Below, piece by piece: positions 18,983 through 30,346 of a stretch of DNA of 64,000 bases. The stretch lies in the IMG/VR virus record IMGVR_UViG_3300029922_000015, positions 85,935 to 149,934 of that record; one strand, 5' to 3'. Every line of letters begins with the position of its first letter. The first letter of the stretch is position 1. The position numbers and the translations under genes are program-made. The notes under the pieces are model-generated. The model searched no databases. It was not told the origin of the DNA and saw only the letters and a list, made by a program, of their open reading frames with translations. Source of the DNA: a virus.

Positions 18983-19177
18983 ATGACTAGATCACAAAGT
19001 AGACAGCACTCTAAGAATGCGGGGCGTTATAAGATCGCATTCGAAACCACCGAAAAAAACAAGCGTCGTCGCGCAGCAACTCGTGAGCGCCGAATGAGGG
19101 TTCGCGCTAGCCTTCCTTCTCACGATACGCGCCATACGGCACGCAAGACGCGCCGAGCCGGAATTAAGAAAGCGTGA
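18983..19177 (+). CDS. Arg-rich small protein
   Basis: KNKRRRAATRERRMRVR. Confidence 0.6.
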   Translation: MTRSQSRQHSKNAGRYKIAFETTEKNKRRRAATRERRMRVRASLPSHDTRHTARKTRRAGIKKA

Positions 19178-19371
19178 GTTGGGGTCTTTTTGTTCTTTTA
19201 CTATTGGTCTGTGTAATGCACATTCGACCAAGATGATTTGCTAGTAGTTCGATATAAGTCTAACGTAGTTAGTCTTTACGGGATGGGTTTTGAATTCATC
19301 TTAACGAATATCGGCTGCAAAGTGAAACGAGGGGTGCGTCTCGTAGGCTACGTCAACGCGCACAATTTTTT
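19178..19371 (+). ncRNA. candidate structured ncRNA/leader
   Basis: ORF-free; stems ttggtc/gaccaa, gtagt-cgatat/atatcg-gctgc, acgag/ctcgt. Confidence 0.35.
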
Positions 19372-19980
19372 ATGGAAAATCATTTCTTTTGTTTAATTGA
19401 CAAAATTATCTACAGTCATTCGCACGGAACTGACTTTCTCGATTTTTATACGAATCTGGAAATTCCTAACAATAAATTTAATGAACATTTCCATTTCATA
19501 CTTCCGTTTCCGAAGTCGTCTGGAAGGGAATGGGTAAAAGAAAACTATCCTCATTTAGTTGATTTGATAGAGGAGAGGAAGAAAGACGAAGCGCGGACAG
19601 AATCATCCTTTTCCTATGATGCCCCCGCTTATGTCCCTTCTTGGCGTCGCGAAACGGCGGAGATTTCTCCCCCTCCTCCTCGTCGTAATAGAGGCGGAAT
19701 TTCTGCGGAGGTAATTTTAGATGAGCTAAGTAATGATGTTCCTAGACCCGCTCCCGCGCCAGTACAAGCTAATCAGGTTGAGGCGCAAATAGATTTACAA
19801 TCTATCGGTCGGGAAATACAGGCAATGGCTAATAATCTTCAATTCTCTGTTCCGCTACCTACTCAACCAATAGCGGAAGCGGCGGCAGAGGCGATACAGC
19901 CAGTCCGTCGAAGAATTGCCCGTCGCCCCCCTTCTTACTATAGTAATCACGCAGAAGATGGTCAAGATTGCGATTTTTAA
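19372..19980 (+). CDS. hypothetical protein with Pro/Arg-rich disordered C-terminus
   Basis: 202-aa ORF. Confidence 0.65.
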   Translation: MENHFFCLIDKIIYSHSHGTDFLDFYTNLEIPNNKFNEHFHFILPFPKSSGREWVKENYPHLVDLIEERKKDEARTESSFSYDAPAYVPSWRRETAEISPPPPRRNRGGISAEVILDELSNDVPRPAPAPVQANQVEAQIDLQSIGREIQAMANNLQFSVPLPTQPIAEAAAEAIQPVRRRIARRPPSYYSNHAEDGQDCDF

Positions 19981-20016
19981 CTTGACACGATAAGGATTGT
20001 TTATTACAATTCTTTA

Positions 20017-20532
20017 GTGAACATTGTAGCTCGTCTATCCAGAATTAAGAAATGCCGTCTTGTTTCTTTAGTCTATCGTACTAAGAAAAGCGATGAACTG
20101 TCAGTTTACCTGATAGCGTTAGGCGTTGACCTTCGCAGAGCTTACGCTCGCGATGAAAAAGTAATCCGCCTAATAAAAACGCGCGGGCGCGTTCAAACCC
20201 AAGCCAAACAGGAAATCCTCGATTCCTTGCGCGAAAGTCTTCGATACGGCTTGGGCAATAACTCTCGTTATACTTGCCGGGGCGTCTATAAAACGCTTTT
20301 CAATGGCTGCAAAATTCATAGGCGCGACAAGACCATTCATTTTTATGGTTTTATAATTCGTAAAAAGATTCTTGAAGAGGGAAGCTATCCCCTTGTTCGC
20401 CATAGTGCTTTGACTCTCGCCAAAATGAAAATTCGTAAGCACATGAAAATTAATCGTTTTCGTCAATTTGAATTGAGTCATGTAAAAAAGATAGCTTTCG
20501 AAGGAAAAGTCTTGACTTTCTCTCAATTTTAG
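20017..20532 (+). CDS. basic hypothetical protein
   Basis: GTG start exactly 35 nt after TTGACA 19982. Confidence 0.7.
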   Translation: MNIVARLSRIKKCRLVSLVYRTKKSDELSVYLIALGVDLRRAYARDEKVIRLIKTRGRVQTQAKQEILDSLRESLRYGLGNNSRYTCRGVYKTLFNGCKIHRRDKTIHFYGFIIRKKILEEGSYPLVRHSALTLAKMKIRKHMKINRFRQFELSHVKKIAFEGKVLTFSQF

Positions 20533-20546
20533 GGTATTATCGCTTT

Positions 20547-21197
20547 ATGCTTAGCAATTTTAAATACATTGATAAGGTCGGGTGCGAGCTTGAAGGGGCT
20601 TTTTTAAATATTCCCGATCCCGATAACAAATTCCTCGACCACGTAAAAGGAGAAGGAATGTCAATTTCTCCCGAGGAAAGGGCTATTATCAACGAAAAGA
20701 AACTTGTTGTTGGTGAGCGAAATAGCGAACCCTATAAAGCCCTTCTTCCCTTGCGCAAATGGGTGCGAAAGTTCTGGCCGGAAGTTGTAAATAATTCCAA
20801 CGGCTTTCACGTTCACGTTTCGTTTAAAGACCCTTCCGTTCGCTCAACAATCGTTGCGTCCGCCGACTTCCATCGAACCTTTATCGAAGAATGCAAGAAA
20901 TTTGTTCTTTCGCCAAAGTATCGTTTTAGTAAGAGCGTAATTGATAGGGCGGCTCATAATATTTATGGTCATCATTATCATTCCACCGGAGACAGGCGTT
21001 CGGGCGTGACTCCTTTTGCGGATTATGATACCAGTGAATTTCGTATTTTCTCCGGCGATATGACAGCGAAGCAAGCAAACCTTTGTTTGACTTGGCTTGT
21101 ATCGTTTATTGAGAATTACTTTGAGGAACATGAACAAGCAACTGTTTGTGATAAGGCGCGGGTTGTTTATCACTCCTTCTCGGGACAACAAATCTAA
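20547..21197 (+). CDS. putative amidoligase 4 (divergent)
   Basis: GCELEG, GERNS, NGFHVH, TSEFRIF. Confidence 0.75.
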   Translation: MLSNFKYIDKVGCELEGAFLNIPDPDNKFLDHVKGEGMSISPEERAIINEKKLVVGERNSEPYKALLPLRKWVRKFWPEVVNNSNGFHVHVSFKDPSVRSTIVASADFHRTFIEECKKFVLSPKYRFSKSVIDRAAHNIYGHHYHSTGDRRSGVTPFADYDTSEFRIFSGDMTAKQANLCLTWLVSFIENYFEEHEQATVCDKARVVYHSFSGQQI

Positions 21198-21234
21198 TGC
21201 TTGACAAGCTCTAAATCTCGTGTCAAAATGAATT

Positions 21235-21483
21235 ATGGACAGACCTTTTAAAGTTGGCGATTACGTTCGAATCATCGCGCCGCATTCTGCGATCCAGAAG
21301 CACTATAATAAATTGAAGTTTACCGAGAAGGGCAAGATGCTCCTTTCTAAAGACGAAATAGCGGCACAGATTGGTATCATCAAGAACAACGAGAGCGGCG
21401 AGCTAAGAATCGCGCCCATCATTCATGGCGTTTTGGCCGATTGGACTATCGGTTGTTATGATAATGAAATTACTTTGGTATGA
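21235..21483 (+). CDS. hypothetical protein (SH3/KOW-like FKVGDYVRI)
   Basis: 82 aa, promoter 21201. Confidence 0.55.
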   Translation: MDRPFKVGDYVRIIAPHSAIQKHYNKLKFTEKGKMLLSKDEIAAQIGIIKNNESGELRIAPIIHGVLADWTIGCYDNEITLV

Positions 21484-22064
21484 GCAAATCTAGAAAAAGA
21501 TACATTAATGCAATGGGCTGCGAAATGGAGGGTGGATTTCGTTATCCTCTAGGCTATCCTATTTACGGGGAAGGCGTTGATGTACCCGAAGGAGAGATGT
21601 GCATTAATGGCGAAGAACTAGAAGTTAGAGTCGGAGAGGTTCAATCCAAGCCGTTCTTTCGTAAAGATTTACTTAAGCATTGGGTAAAGAGATATTTCCC
21701 TGTTATAACTAACGATGATTGTGGATTTCACATTCACGTTTCCTTCAAACAGGATAATTGGCATGACGCTTTAGCTAACGAAAAGTTTAATAACGATTTT
21801 CTTCGCGATTTGAAGCGTTGGCTTAAGAATAAAAAGGTCAGTAAAGCCTTTCAAGCGCGTCTAGACGATGAAAACGATTATTGCCGACACGAATTTGAAG
21901 GTTTTGAGCGCGGCGCGGTGCATTGTCATTCGGAACACGGAACAATTGAATTTCGTATCTTTTCAATGGTAATTACTCCCAAGCTCGCGCAACAATGCGT
22001 CGATTGGACTTTTAATTACGTTGAACGTTACTTGCATAAACTACTGAAAAATGGAAACTCCTAA
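21480..22064 (+). CDS. putative amidoligase 5
   Basis: GCEMEG, GEVQS, CGFHIH, HGTIEFRIF. Confidence 0.8.
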   Translation: MSKSRKRYINAMGCEMEGGFRYPLGYPIYGEGVDVPEGEMCINGEELEVRVGEVQSKPFFRKDLLKHWVKRYFPVITNDDCGFHIHVSFKQDNWHDALANEKFNNDFLRDLKRWLKNKKVSKAFQARLDDENDYCRHEFEGFERGAVHCHSEHGTIEFRIFSMVITPKLAQQCVDWTFNYVERYLHKLLKNGNS

Positions 22065-23175
22065 ATATCGTTTTCGTTCGCGTATCCAAAGAACGAATTT
22101 GAGTTTTCGCGAACCAGAGGAAACAGTTTACGAGATTGATGAGAAGCGTGGTGTTTTGGGCGTGCATTATTGGAAGAGAATTTTTTACTCAGGACAACAA
22201 GCCAAGTCCTTACTTAGGTTTTATGAGTTGACCGAGCACGAGAAAGATAAAGAAATCGAAGAAGATAGCGTCGGTATCCCTTATACTCCTATAAAATAAT
22301 GTCCCGGCGACACAGAAAAAGAATGGCGCGACAAATAAAGGAACAAGCTCGTTTGGCGGCGATGAAACCCAAAGAGGTTGAATTCATTCAATGCGTTCCG
22401 AAAGGGCCAAGAATTTTATTTGATAGTTCTAACAATCCCTAATATGCCTAAAAATCGTTTAAAGCCGTATATTTCTCGACATGAATACTCCTATGTTCTA
22501 TATCGGGACATCGAAGAATTTCACGGAGAGGAATGGTATAAAAAATTCACCGCTCAGATGAGAGGATCGACCTGTCCTTGCGTTGACAAGGCGGACGCGG
22601 AAGAAAACGAACATGAGTTTGTGCCCGTTGAAGGATATCCGTGGATGAGCGCGGTTTATTCTTGGGATTACGAACGATTTGCGGACGCGATTGATTATAA
22701 TAGACCCACCTATTTCGATTAAATTATATGGCTCGCAAACAAATCGATCCCGACAAGAAAGTCCCCTTCGTTTCAATGACGCTTTCCTCTTTATCTCCGA
22801 AGCGAATTGTAATGCCGCTTGACGAGTTAAGGTTGCGCCGAAAGATAAAGAATCTTCTACTTAGCGGTGAAAAGATTAAATTAGAGCGGGTGGATTTTTC
22901 TCCTAACGAATATGAAAATTTGGAAAGTCTGAGTTGATTATGGCAAATAAAAAGAAAATAACTAATTCGGATTTGGCTGAGCGCGTGTCCGAATTGCAAA
23001 AGGAAGAAAGTTATACGGTCAAAATTCCTGCTTATGTTATGGCTTACATTCAAAGAGGATGGAGCGCGGAACTAAAGAAATATAAAGCCGCCTTTTCTCC
23101 CGAAGTAGCAATTCAGGCAATCGTGCGCGTGGAAGCTAATCGAATTTTGCAAGAAGAATTAAAATTGGAAAATGT

Positions 23176-23913
23176 TTAATTATATTGCCATTTAAATCCC
23201 ATCGCGCTTCTAAGAATATAAGCACCTTGAGCGTTTTTACATATATAGCCTTTGCAGACTTTAGTAATCGCGCTACATTGATTGAACTTTCCAAACGAAT
23301 AAGCTGCTTCTTTAGCAGAGGGCCAGATTTTAATTATTTTCCCTGTTTTTTTATCAATTTGTTGGACAGCCTTAGCCCCAATACCTTTATGAAGTTCGGA
23401 TAATTTTTTCCTTGTTGCTTTAGTATGATGTCTACCGAACATTGGATTATTTTTTCCTGAAAATCTTTGTCGATTTAAATTTCCTATTAATATTTTTGTC
23501 TCCTCGGTGTGTGCTTTACCATAAAAGGGATTTTTTATTCCTTTCATACTTTCGGACATTCTTTGGCGTTCTTTTTTAGAGGCTTTTCTTCCGGTCGTAT
23601 CGTTTGAGAAAGTACATATATTATATCCTATTTTTTGATTAGTAGAATTTAATTTCTTGATCCATTCGGTTTCTATTTTCAATAATTTTTCATTCTCAAT
23701 TTGATCAAAGCTTTCCAAAATGGAAACCTCAAAATTTTCCCAACCATATTTATAAATAGCATAAGATACTGGATGATTTTTTGTAGGAGTTTTTTCATAA
23801 TGTCGATAGCAACGCATTCTTTCACGAATGCGAACCGACTTTCCAACATAAACTTTCCCATTAATTTTGTTAGTTAAAAGGTAGATTCCCGGTTTTGAAG
23901 TTATTTCGCTCAT
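23176..23913 (-). CDS. GIY-YIG homing endonuclease with NUMOD3/NUMOD1 domains (free-standing)
   Basis: GIYLLTNKINGKVYVGKS; NPFYGKAHT and NPMFGRHHT (NUMOD3); C-terminal KIWPSAKEAA...GFKWQY (NUMOD1). Confidence 0.93.
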   Translation of the reverse strand: MSEITSKPGIYLLTNKINGKVYVGKSVRIRERMRCYRHYEKTPTKNHPVSYAIYKYGWENFEVSILESFDQIENEKLLKIETEWIKKLNSTNQKIGYNICTFSNDTTGRKASKKERQRMSESMKGIKNPFYGKAHTEETKILIGNLNRQRFSGKNNPMFGRHHTKATRKKLSELHKGIGAKAVQQIDKKTGKIIKIWPSAKEAAYSFGKFNQCSAITKVCKGYICKNAQGAYILRSAMGFKWQYN

Positions 23914-23920
23914 GTTAATG

Positions 23921-23927
23921 ATTACAC
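23921..23927 (-). promoter_or_regulatory. GTGTAAT-class promoter
   Basis: GTGTAAT-7 nt-ATG(23913). Confidence 0.55.
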
Positions 23928-23993
23928 TCTTATTCTTGAATTAGAAGGATTTTTCTTGACTTAACACAGATTTTAGGTTACTATAAGAAGGAT

Positions 23994-24650
23994 ATGATTG
24001 GGAATAATGTCGATAAAATCGGAGTCGAATTAGAGGGCTATTGGAAGCATAATCCAAGCGGTTTTCGCATTCATGGCGATAGCAGTATAGAGCTAAGCTC
24101 TATTCGCGAGCGCCGTCTTAGGCGAGACAATACCAATCCTCATCCTCGCGGCACCGTTGGCGAAAAATCCAGTCCTGTTTTTGCAACTTTAAACGATCTT
24201 AAGGTTTGGCTATTTCGAGAATATCCTCATCGGCGCAATTTCTCTTGTGGGTTTCATATCAACATTTCACTGTCTAATCCCACTTTGTTGCAGGAGTGCA
24301 ACGTTAGGTATATCCATGATGCAATGATTAAGGCTATTTTGCGTTATGGAAAGATCAAGCGTTTGGGCCGTGCCTTTAAACAACGGGCTACGCCAAGCGC
24401 AGAGTATTCTGATATTCGATACGATAGCCAAGATAAATATCGCGCTATTAATTGGTCTAAAACGTATAATGATACTCCTTATTTGGAATTTAGGATTTTT
24501 TCTCAATCGATGCCGAAAGAAAAGGCGATGAACGCCGTATGTTTTTTGTGCGAGCTTATGAATTTGGTTGCGGAGTTAGTTAAAGATGTTAATATGTCTC
24601 GGGAAGATAGATCAAAGAAGATAATGTTATTTGGTAAGAATTTGCGCTAA
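23994..24650 (+). CDS. putative amidoligase 6
   Basis: GVELEG, HGDSSI, GEKSS, CGFHIN, KYRAIN, LEFRIF. Confidence 0.82.
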   Translation: MIGNNVDKIGVELEGYWKHNPSGFRIHGDSSIELSSIRERRLRRDNTNPHPRGTVGEKSSPVFATLNDLKVWLFREYPHRRNFSCGFHINISLSNPTLLQECNVRYIHDAMIKAILRYGKIKRLGRAFKQRATPSAEYSDIRYDSQDKYRAINWSKTYNDTPYLEFRIFSQSMPKEKAMNAVCFLCELMNLVAELVKDVNMSREDRSKKIMLFGKNLR

Positions 24651-24845
24651 TTAGAACGGAATCGTTATAAACTAAAAGTAGAGAAGGTGCAAATCCTTCA
24701 TAGCGTATAGAATAAAGACTAAGACGACAAAGCTGGCGGGCCAAAAAGCTCTCATCTATGGGTGAGATGTCTTTCCGCTAAACAAATCGTCGGGCGGCGC
24801 AAGCTGCAAAGCGCATTCAGCGCGGAGCCGCAAGGCTTTCAATGA
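24651..24845 (+). ncRNA. candidate ncRNA with tRNA-top-half-like domain
   Basis: cgttat/atagcg stem stacked on gaagg-tgcaaat-ccttc; GCAA tetraloops. Confidence 0.45.
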
Positions 24846-27247
24846 TATTAATTATATGATGAATAAAATTAAAAGACAAATTGGATTTATTTTGGCGGAT
24901 TTGGGTTTTCGTTCTTATCGCATGTATAGCTCTAAGTGGATTATTTATACCTTCTATGTGGCTCCTTTTGGGCTGTTTAAGCTTCCAGTATTCTTTTATC
25001 GAACTGAGTTTACCCCATATCAGTTTAATAAAATTATTGTATGAAGTCACGCCGCTTTGATATTGTACGCGGCGCGGTACATTTTTATGTTTTTCTTCTT
25101 TTTTGGCTTTGTTTAATCGCAATTATTGATTTGTTGTTTCATCGTTTAACGAGGGAGGGAGCGTTGGAATCGCTTGCGCTTCTCGTGCCCATGTTCCTTT
25201 CTGCGGTTGTTGTTGATGTAATTTTTTGGGAATATTATCGGATATATGCGGGTATTTCTTGTTATGCGGTTGAATTAAAAAGCGAATGTGAATTATTTGG
25301 TAATGAAAGAGATTCTAGGATTGGGAATAAACTAATTCGCATAATTGATAAATAATTCTTGACACGCCATAAATTCAATCATATCATTAATTTATGAAGA
25401 CGGTTTCTTTTCAAGTTACAATGGACGAAGATACAGATCGCCCATATATTCTTGATGTCATTGCCGAATATCAAAAAGGGAGAGATGGATTCTATTTTGA
25501 TCCGGCTTATGGAAATTATGTGGGCGGCGCGGATTCCGAATTTAATATCCTGTCTACCAAACGGCATGGCAAGGAAATTGAATCAGAGGGGCGAGTAGAC
25601 GCCGAAATCGAAGATCAATTTTGGAAGATGCTTGAGGAAGGATTGATTTACGCATGAGGGCTAATAAAATTATTGATAGCGTCAGGAATAAACACAAAAG
25701 TCCCGAACTTCCTTTGACACTAAGCCAAATCATAATTAAAGGAAAACCCTTTCGTTGGGTTACTCTTGCGCATGATTTCTGTGGTGTGTCCGCTTATCCG
25801 CCCTTTTCCGCTGATCTTTATCGGGCCGAGGATGGATCGCAAATTTTAGATTTAGTAGGAGATTGGGAGTTCTACCTTACTCACGATGAAGATTTGCCAA
25901 TTGATATAGCTATTCCTTATTACGTTGTCGGTAATAAATTAGTCGAGAGGCTTGTTCAGATGTTTAAGAATAACGAAATTGCCATTTTTATTGATTTGGT
26001 TAGGGATTATACTTTGAAGTTTAACGAACTTTCTAAAGGGGAAGCGGAAATCAAATGAAACACGGAAGACCTATGGACGGCGGCGCGATGTTTCTTTTTA
26101 TTCTCTGTGTCATTCTTGGATTACTTTGTGGATATCTATTGGTTACGCGCCCGATTCCGCAATCAATCGATAGGGAAATAATTCAGTTTTAAATCTTGAC
26201 TCGGAAGCAATCCTTTGTTATGATGATTAAAAGGAGGGGAAGTGGCACTTCATAAGCATGTAAAAACCGTAAAAACTCGTTTGTTAAAGCACAAGCCCGC
26301 GTTGATCATCTTCGCCGATTGGACTTTGCACAATGGATTGGACGAAATTCGCGACCTTGGCCGAGATGTATGGAAAGAGGGCTCCGTTGTGCTTTTTCAC
26401 TCGTTAGCTGTTCCCTCTATTATTTTTGGTTTGGTAGTTGGTACGGAAATGTTTCATTGGCTTAAGAAGGATATTGAGGGGGAATTTCGAGACGATTGTA
26501 AACCCGTTGAAGAAGAAAAGCCCAAGTTTAAGAGAAAACCCGATTACGATATTTAATTTTATGTTTTATATTCAACGACTCGATAGAGTTTTTATTGGAA
26601 TGCAGCGTATCCAAGACAAAATCGTTTATACCTCTTGCGATTACATTTGTAATGCCCATAAGTTTGATATAGGTGAAGCGTTTGCTTTTCTAACCAGAAA
26701 AGGCGTAAATGTTGATGATTTTGAGCTAATAGAAACTTGACAAAAGTTGAATCTTCAAATATAATACTTGCATGATTATTCTTAATACTCTTATTGTAAT
26801 TCTTTGGTGGGCTTGCGGTGTGGCTTTTGTCCTCGCCGACCTACGGAACGATGGAATTTTAGAAGTTCGTGGCAATCATATATTTTTCGCTATGTTTTAT
26901 GGTGCTGTGTATGGGGCTCTTTATCTATTCTGTCACGTTTTTTTGCGAAAGCCTATCATGGCTTTCATGGATAGGGTTTTTATCAAATATGAACAAGGAG
27001 TATAAAGTAACAAGCAAGGGATGGTTTTATTTTTGTCCGATTTATCTAGAACAAGGGTGGGCTGAAAATCTCGCGCCGACTATTATTCCAAGGTTCCAAG
27101 GAACTGATTGGCTTTTGAATCTGGCTACGGAGTTTCAACAAGCCATGAATTTAGTTTTAAGTGTTTTTAATCCAGATGCGGGCGGATTCCTTATTCTAGA
27201 AACCGAACGATTTGACAAACCTAAGATTATCACAATATCCATAGACG

Positions 27248-27445
27248 ATGAAAGCAACGATATCTGAAGATAAACGAGTTTCTTTGATTCTAGAATCTCA
27301 ATCGGAAGTGGATCAACTTTATGCCTTTTTCAATTCTCCTCGTATTACTCGCGTTCTTAAATTAGACAGTCGGGCATATCAAACATTAGAAACATATACC
27401 AAATTAGACCTTTATAATTATTTATCGAGGATTTTAATAGCATGA
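27248..27445 (+). CDS. tandem paralogue 1/4
   Basis: VSLILESQSEVDQLYAFFN. Confidence 0.7.
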   Translation: MKATISEDKRVSLILESQSEVDQLYAFFNSPRITRVLKLDSRAYQTLETYTKLDLYNYLSRILIA

Positions 27446-27666
27446 AATCGATACAAGAAATTACAATTAATCCGTTTAAGAGGGTGGCGCTTGTTTTTGA
27501 AAGCCCTGAAGAAGTTGATAAAATTTACGCGCTTCTCAATCACGAGAAAATGACGAAAGCGGTTGGCATGGACTTTTCTAAAGTAAAAGATGCCCTTGCT
27601 CCCTATGCGAATCCAACAGAAGCGGCGGCTTGGCACCAACGCTTAAACGTTTTGATAAAAAAATGA
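27442..27666 (+). CDS. tandem paralogue 2/4
   Basis: VALVFESPEEVDKIYALLN. Confidence 0.7.
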   Translation: MKSIQEITINPFKRVALVFESPEEVDKIYALLNHEKMTKAVGMDFSKVKDALAPYANPTEAAAWHQRLNVLIKK

Positions 27667-27920
27667 TTGGCGCGAAACAAAAGATAGCGGGCTCCGACTC
27701 TCCTCTTGTCGCTTTGATTCTGGAAACGCCAGAAGAAATCGAACAAATAGGCGCGTTGATTAGCCGTAAGGTGATTGTCGAAGCTCTCGATTTAAGAAAG
27801 CACGTTCGTTGCAAGGGCGACAATGGGAAATATTTGCCATATCTTTTGTTAGAGCCCTTTTTGCCCAAAGCTGATCTTTTTAATAAAGTTCAAAATAGAC
27901 TCGAACCTTTATTTCAATAA
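27663..27920 (+). CDS. tandem paralogue 3/4
   Basis: ATG 27663; VALILETPEEIEQIGALIS. Confidence 0.7.
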   Translation: MIGAKQKIAGSDSPLVALILETPEEIEQIGALISRKVIVEALDLRKHVRCKGDNGKYLPYLLLEPFLPKADLFNKVQNRLEPLFQ

Positions 27921-28156
27921 TGTTCGCAACTCAAGATTCTAAAACTAAACTTGTTTCTTTGATTTTAGAAAGTCAATCGGAAGTAGACACGATGGGGATG
28001 TTTTTTAATAATCTAAGAATAGCTCAAACACTCGGATTGCGAACAAGTGATGGCGTTTGGCTTTACGGTAAATTATTTCATGCTTTTTGTACGGGGCGAG
28101 CTTATACTATAGCGGGGGATAGTCCAAGTTCAAGATTAAATAAACTTATTTACTAA
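27920..28156 (+). CDS. tandem paralogue 4/4
   Basis: VSLILESQSEVDTMGMFFN. Confidence 0.7.
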   Translation: MFATQDSKTKLVSLILESQSEVDTMGMFFNNLRIAQTLGLRTSDGVWLYGKLFHAFCTGRAYTIAGDSPSSRLNKLIY

Positions 28157-28376
28157 TTCTAATGAATCTAAAAACTAAATTGAAATTAGGAATATTAGCA
28201 CAAACCCTGTTAGACGCTCAGTATAATATTACTGACGCCGTACAAGAAGATATACCACAAGAATTATTTAAGCCTCTATGCCAGATAGATGAGCATATAC
28301 ATAAATTTCGATCTTTAATCAAAGATTATACAGAAAAAGTCTTGACTTAAGACGAATATTAAGTTACAATAAGCTC

Positions 28377-28865
28377 ATGAAGCTCACCCATCTTAGCTCT
28401 ACTCAGCCGAGAGAGAAGATAGTTCGAATTGCTGAAAGTATCATTCAGGATTTGGAAATTAAGATTCCGGTTCACTTGATTTACCAAGATTGCTGGAGCG
28501 AGTTTGACAGTGATACGGGCGAGATTATTCCCAATACTGAGCGACATGATATCTCGCACGACGGTATTGCGCAAGACGATGGAATAGTTAGGGTTTGTAT
28601 TAATCCGTCTTTGATGGTTTTCCCGGCGTGGTGGGATATTAATTCGGAACTTAAGAATTTCTATTTGCGTCGTATTGGTACTTTTTACGATATTGACGAA
28701 ATGATCCTTTATTATATTTCGCACGAGTTTCATCATCTCTTTGGGTATGAGCATCCGCGCGAAATTAAAACCATGTCCCGAATTGCTAAATGCGACGAGG
28801 AAACGTTGGCCGATTTTTATGCGCTTCGAAATCTGAGCAAGAAAAGGACAAATGACTCAAATTAA
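28377..28865 (+). CDS. putative zinc metallopeptidase (HExxH)
   Basis: YYISHEFHH...EETLADFYA, a zincin-like pattern. Confidence 0.6.
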   Translation: MKLTHLSSTQPREKIVRIAESIIQDLEIKIPVHLIYQDCWSEFDSDTGEIIPNTERHDISHDGIAQDDGIVRVCINPSLMVFPAWWDINSELKNFYLRRIGTFYDIDEMILYYISHEFHHLFGYEHPREIKTMSRIAKCDEETLADFYALRNLSKKRTNDSN

Positions 28866-30346
28866 TTATACCGCCGCCGTTGAAACGGCCATTAAAGATA
28901 GGCTGACTCATCTCGTAATGCTTATTACGAGTTATAGTTGCAATAGAAATTTTGATCCCGAATCTAAATATTTTGTTAGGTTGATCTTGGATTATAATGA
29001 ATTGGCCGAAATTCTTAATATGAGCAAGGTTGACATCGCCTCTTTTGTTAAGATGAAAGAGTTGGCGCGTCCGAAAGAATCGGGCTTGGCGCAAGTGCGA
29101 GTTTTTTCTAATAAACAATGAATACATCACTCGATTTTTTTGCTGTAATTTGGCCTAATATGACCGATAATAGCATTCGGCATTTTCATGAAGATTGTCA
29201 TGGGTGGACTACCGATATTCTTGCCGCGCGACGTTATAATACAGCCGAAGAAGCGGAAGCAATGATGGCTGGTCTATACGGCGGCACATTTCGCCGCAAA
29301 GGTATGGAAATTCACAAAGTAACAATTAAAGTCGAATACGAATTGCAAAAGACACTATGAGATTTCGGGTTGAGTTCAATTCTCTTTGTTTTAGTTGGAT
29401 TCCGATGAAGATCGCGCGTCCGTTTGGATGGGATTTGTGGTTCGCGTGGTTTGAAGTGCAATATCGCAACGAAAGAAAAAGGCGCTTGCAAAGAGATGTT
29501 GATGATGTATATTCGGGAGATGCGGGTTATTATTAAATTATGATTCATTCTTTAATTAAGAAGATGGTTATGTCTAAATGGTATTCGCCACGATTAATGA
29601 CTATGGCGAACATTGACCCTTTTCATTTTACTCCAAAGGAAGTCGCCTATCCCCTTTTTATTCCCGTTTGGTTTGGAAAATTGATTTGTTGGATTGGAGT
29701 TCGGGAAGGTAAATTTCTAAAGAATAAAGACCATACCTATTCAATAGCAAAACATGAACTTTGATATTATTAGAGTTAAAATTCAAGAACTTTCCGTAGA
29801 AATAAAGAAAGCGCGGCTTCCCTTTTGTTCTATTTTGATTGATTATTTATTGGAGGTTTTGGAAATGGAAATTCAAGATAAGGAACTTAAATGCCCGACC
29901 AAATAGAAGAACGTTATATCATTCTGTATCACAAGTTCGAGATAGAAGGATGGTTTGCTATTAAACAGTTTGGCGATTTTTCTAATCGGGTTTCGGCCCA
30001 GCAAGTAGCTAATCTTCTTATCGATGGAAAGGTTCCTTGTTATGATCGCGACGGTAAAACTTTGCCAAAAGGCTCGGAAATAAAAGTTGTTTTAAAACGA
30101 TCTGAAATAACCTATCATTGGTTGGATGAAACGACTTGATAAAATTATGTTCGCTCTTGAGAAGGGCGATAGAATTTTTCCCGGCGATTACGTCAAGATA
30201 TCAGAAAATCTCTTGATGCGTTCAAGCGATATAGGCGAGATTTATAATGGGAAAAGGCCAATGTTTAGATTCGCGGATAAAATTAAGACCGATTCCGCTG
30301 TTATTTAGTTCTTGACAAAAGATAAATCGCCGTATAAGCTTCGATT

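Noticed and set aside
23176-23913. Group I intron around the GIY-YIG gene
   Set aside because: The gene is antisense, abuts the stop of an intact neighbour and has its own promoter motif; no P7-type core or split gene is seen
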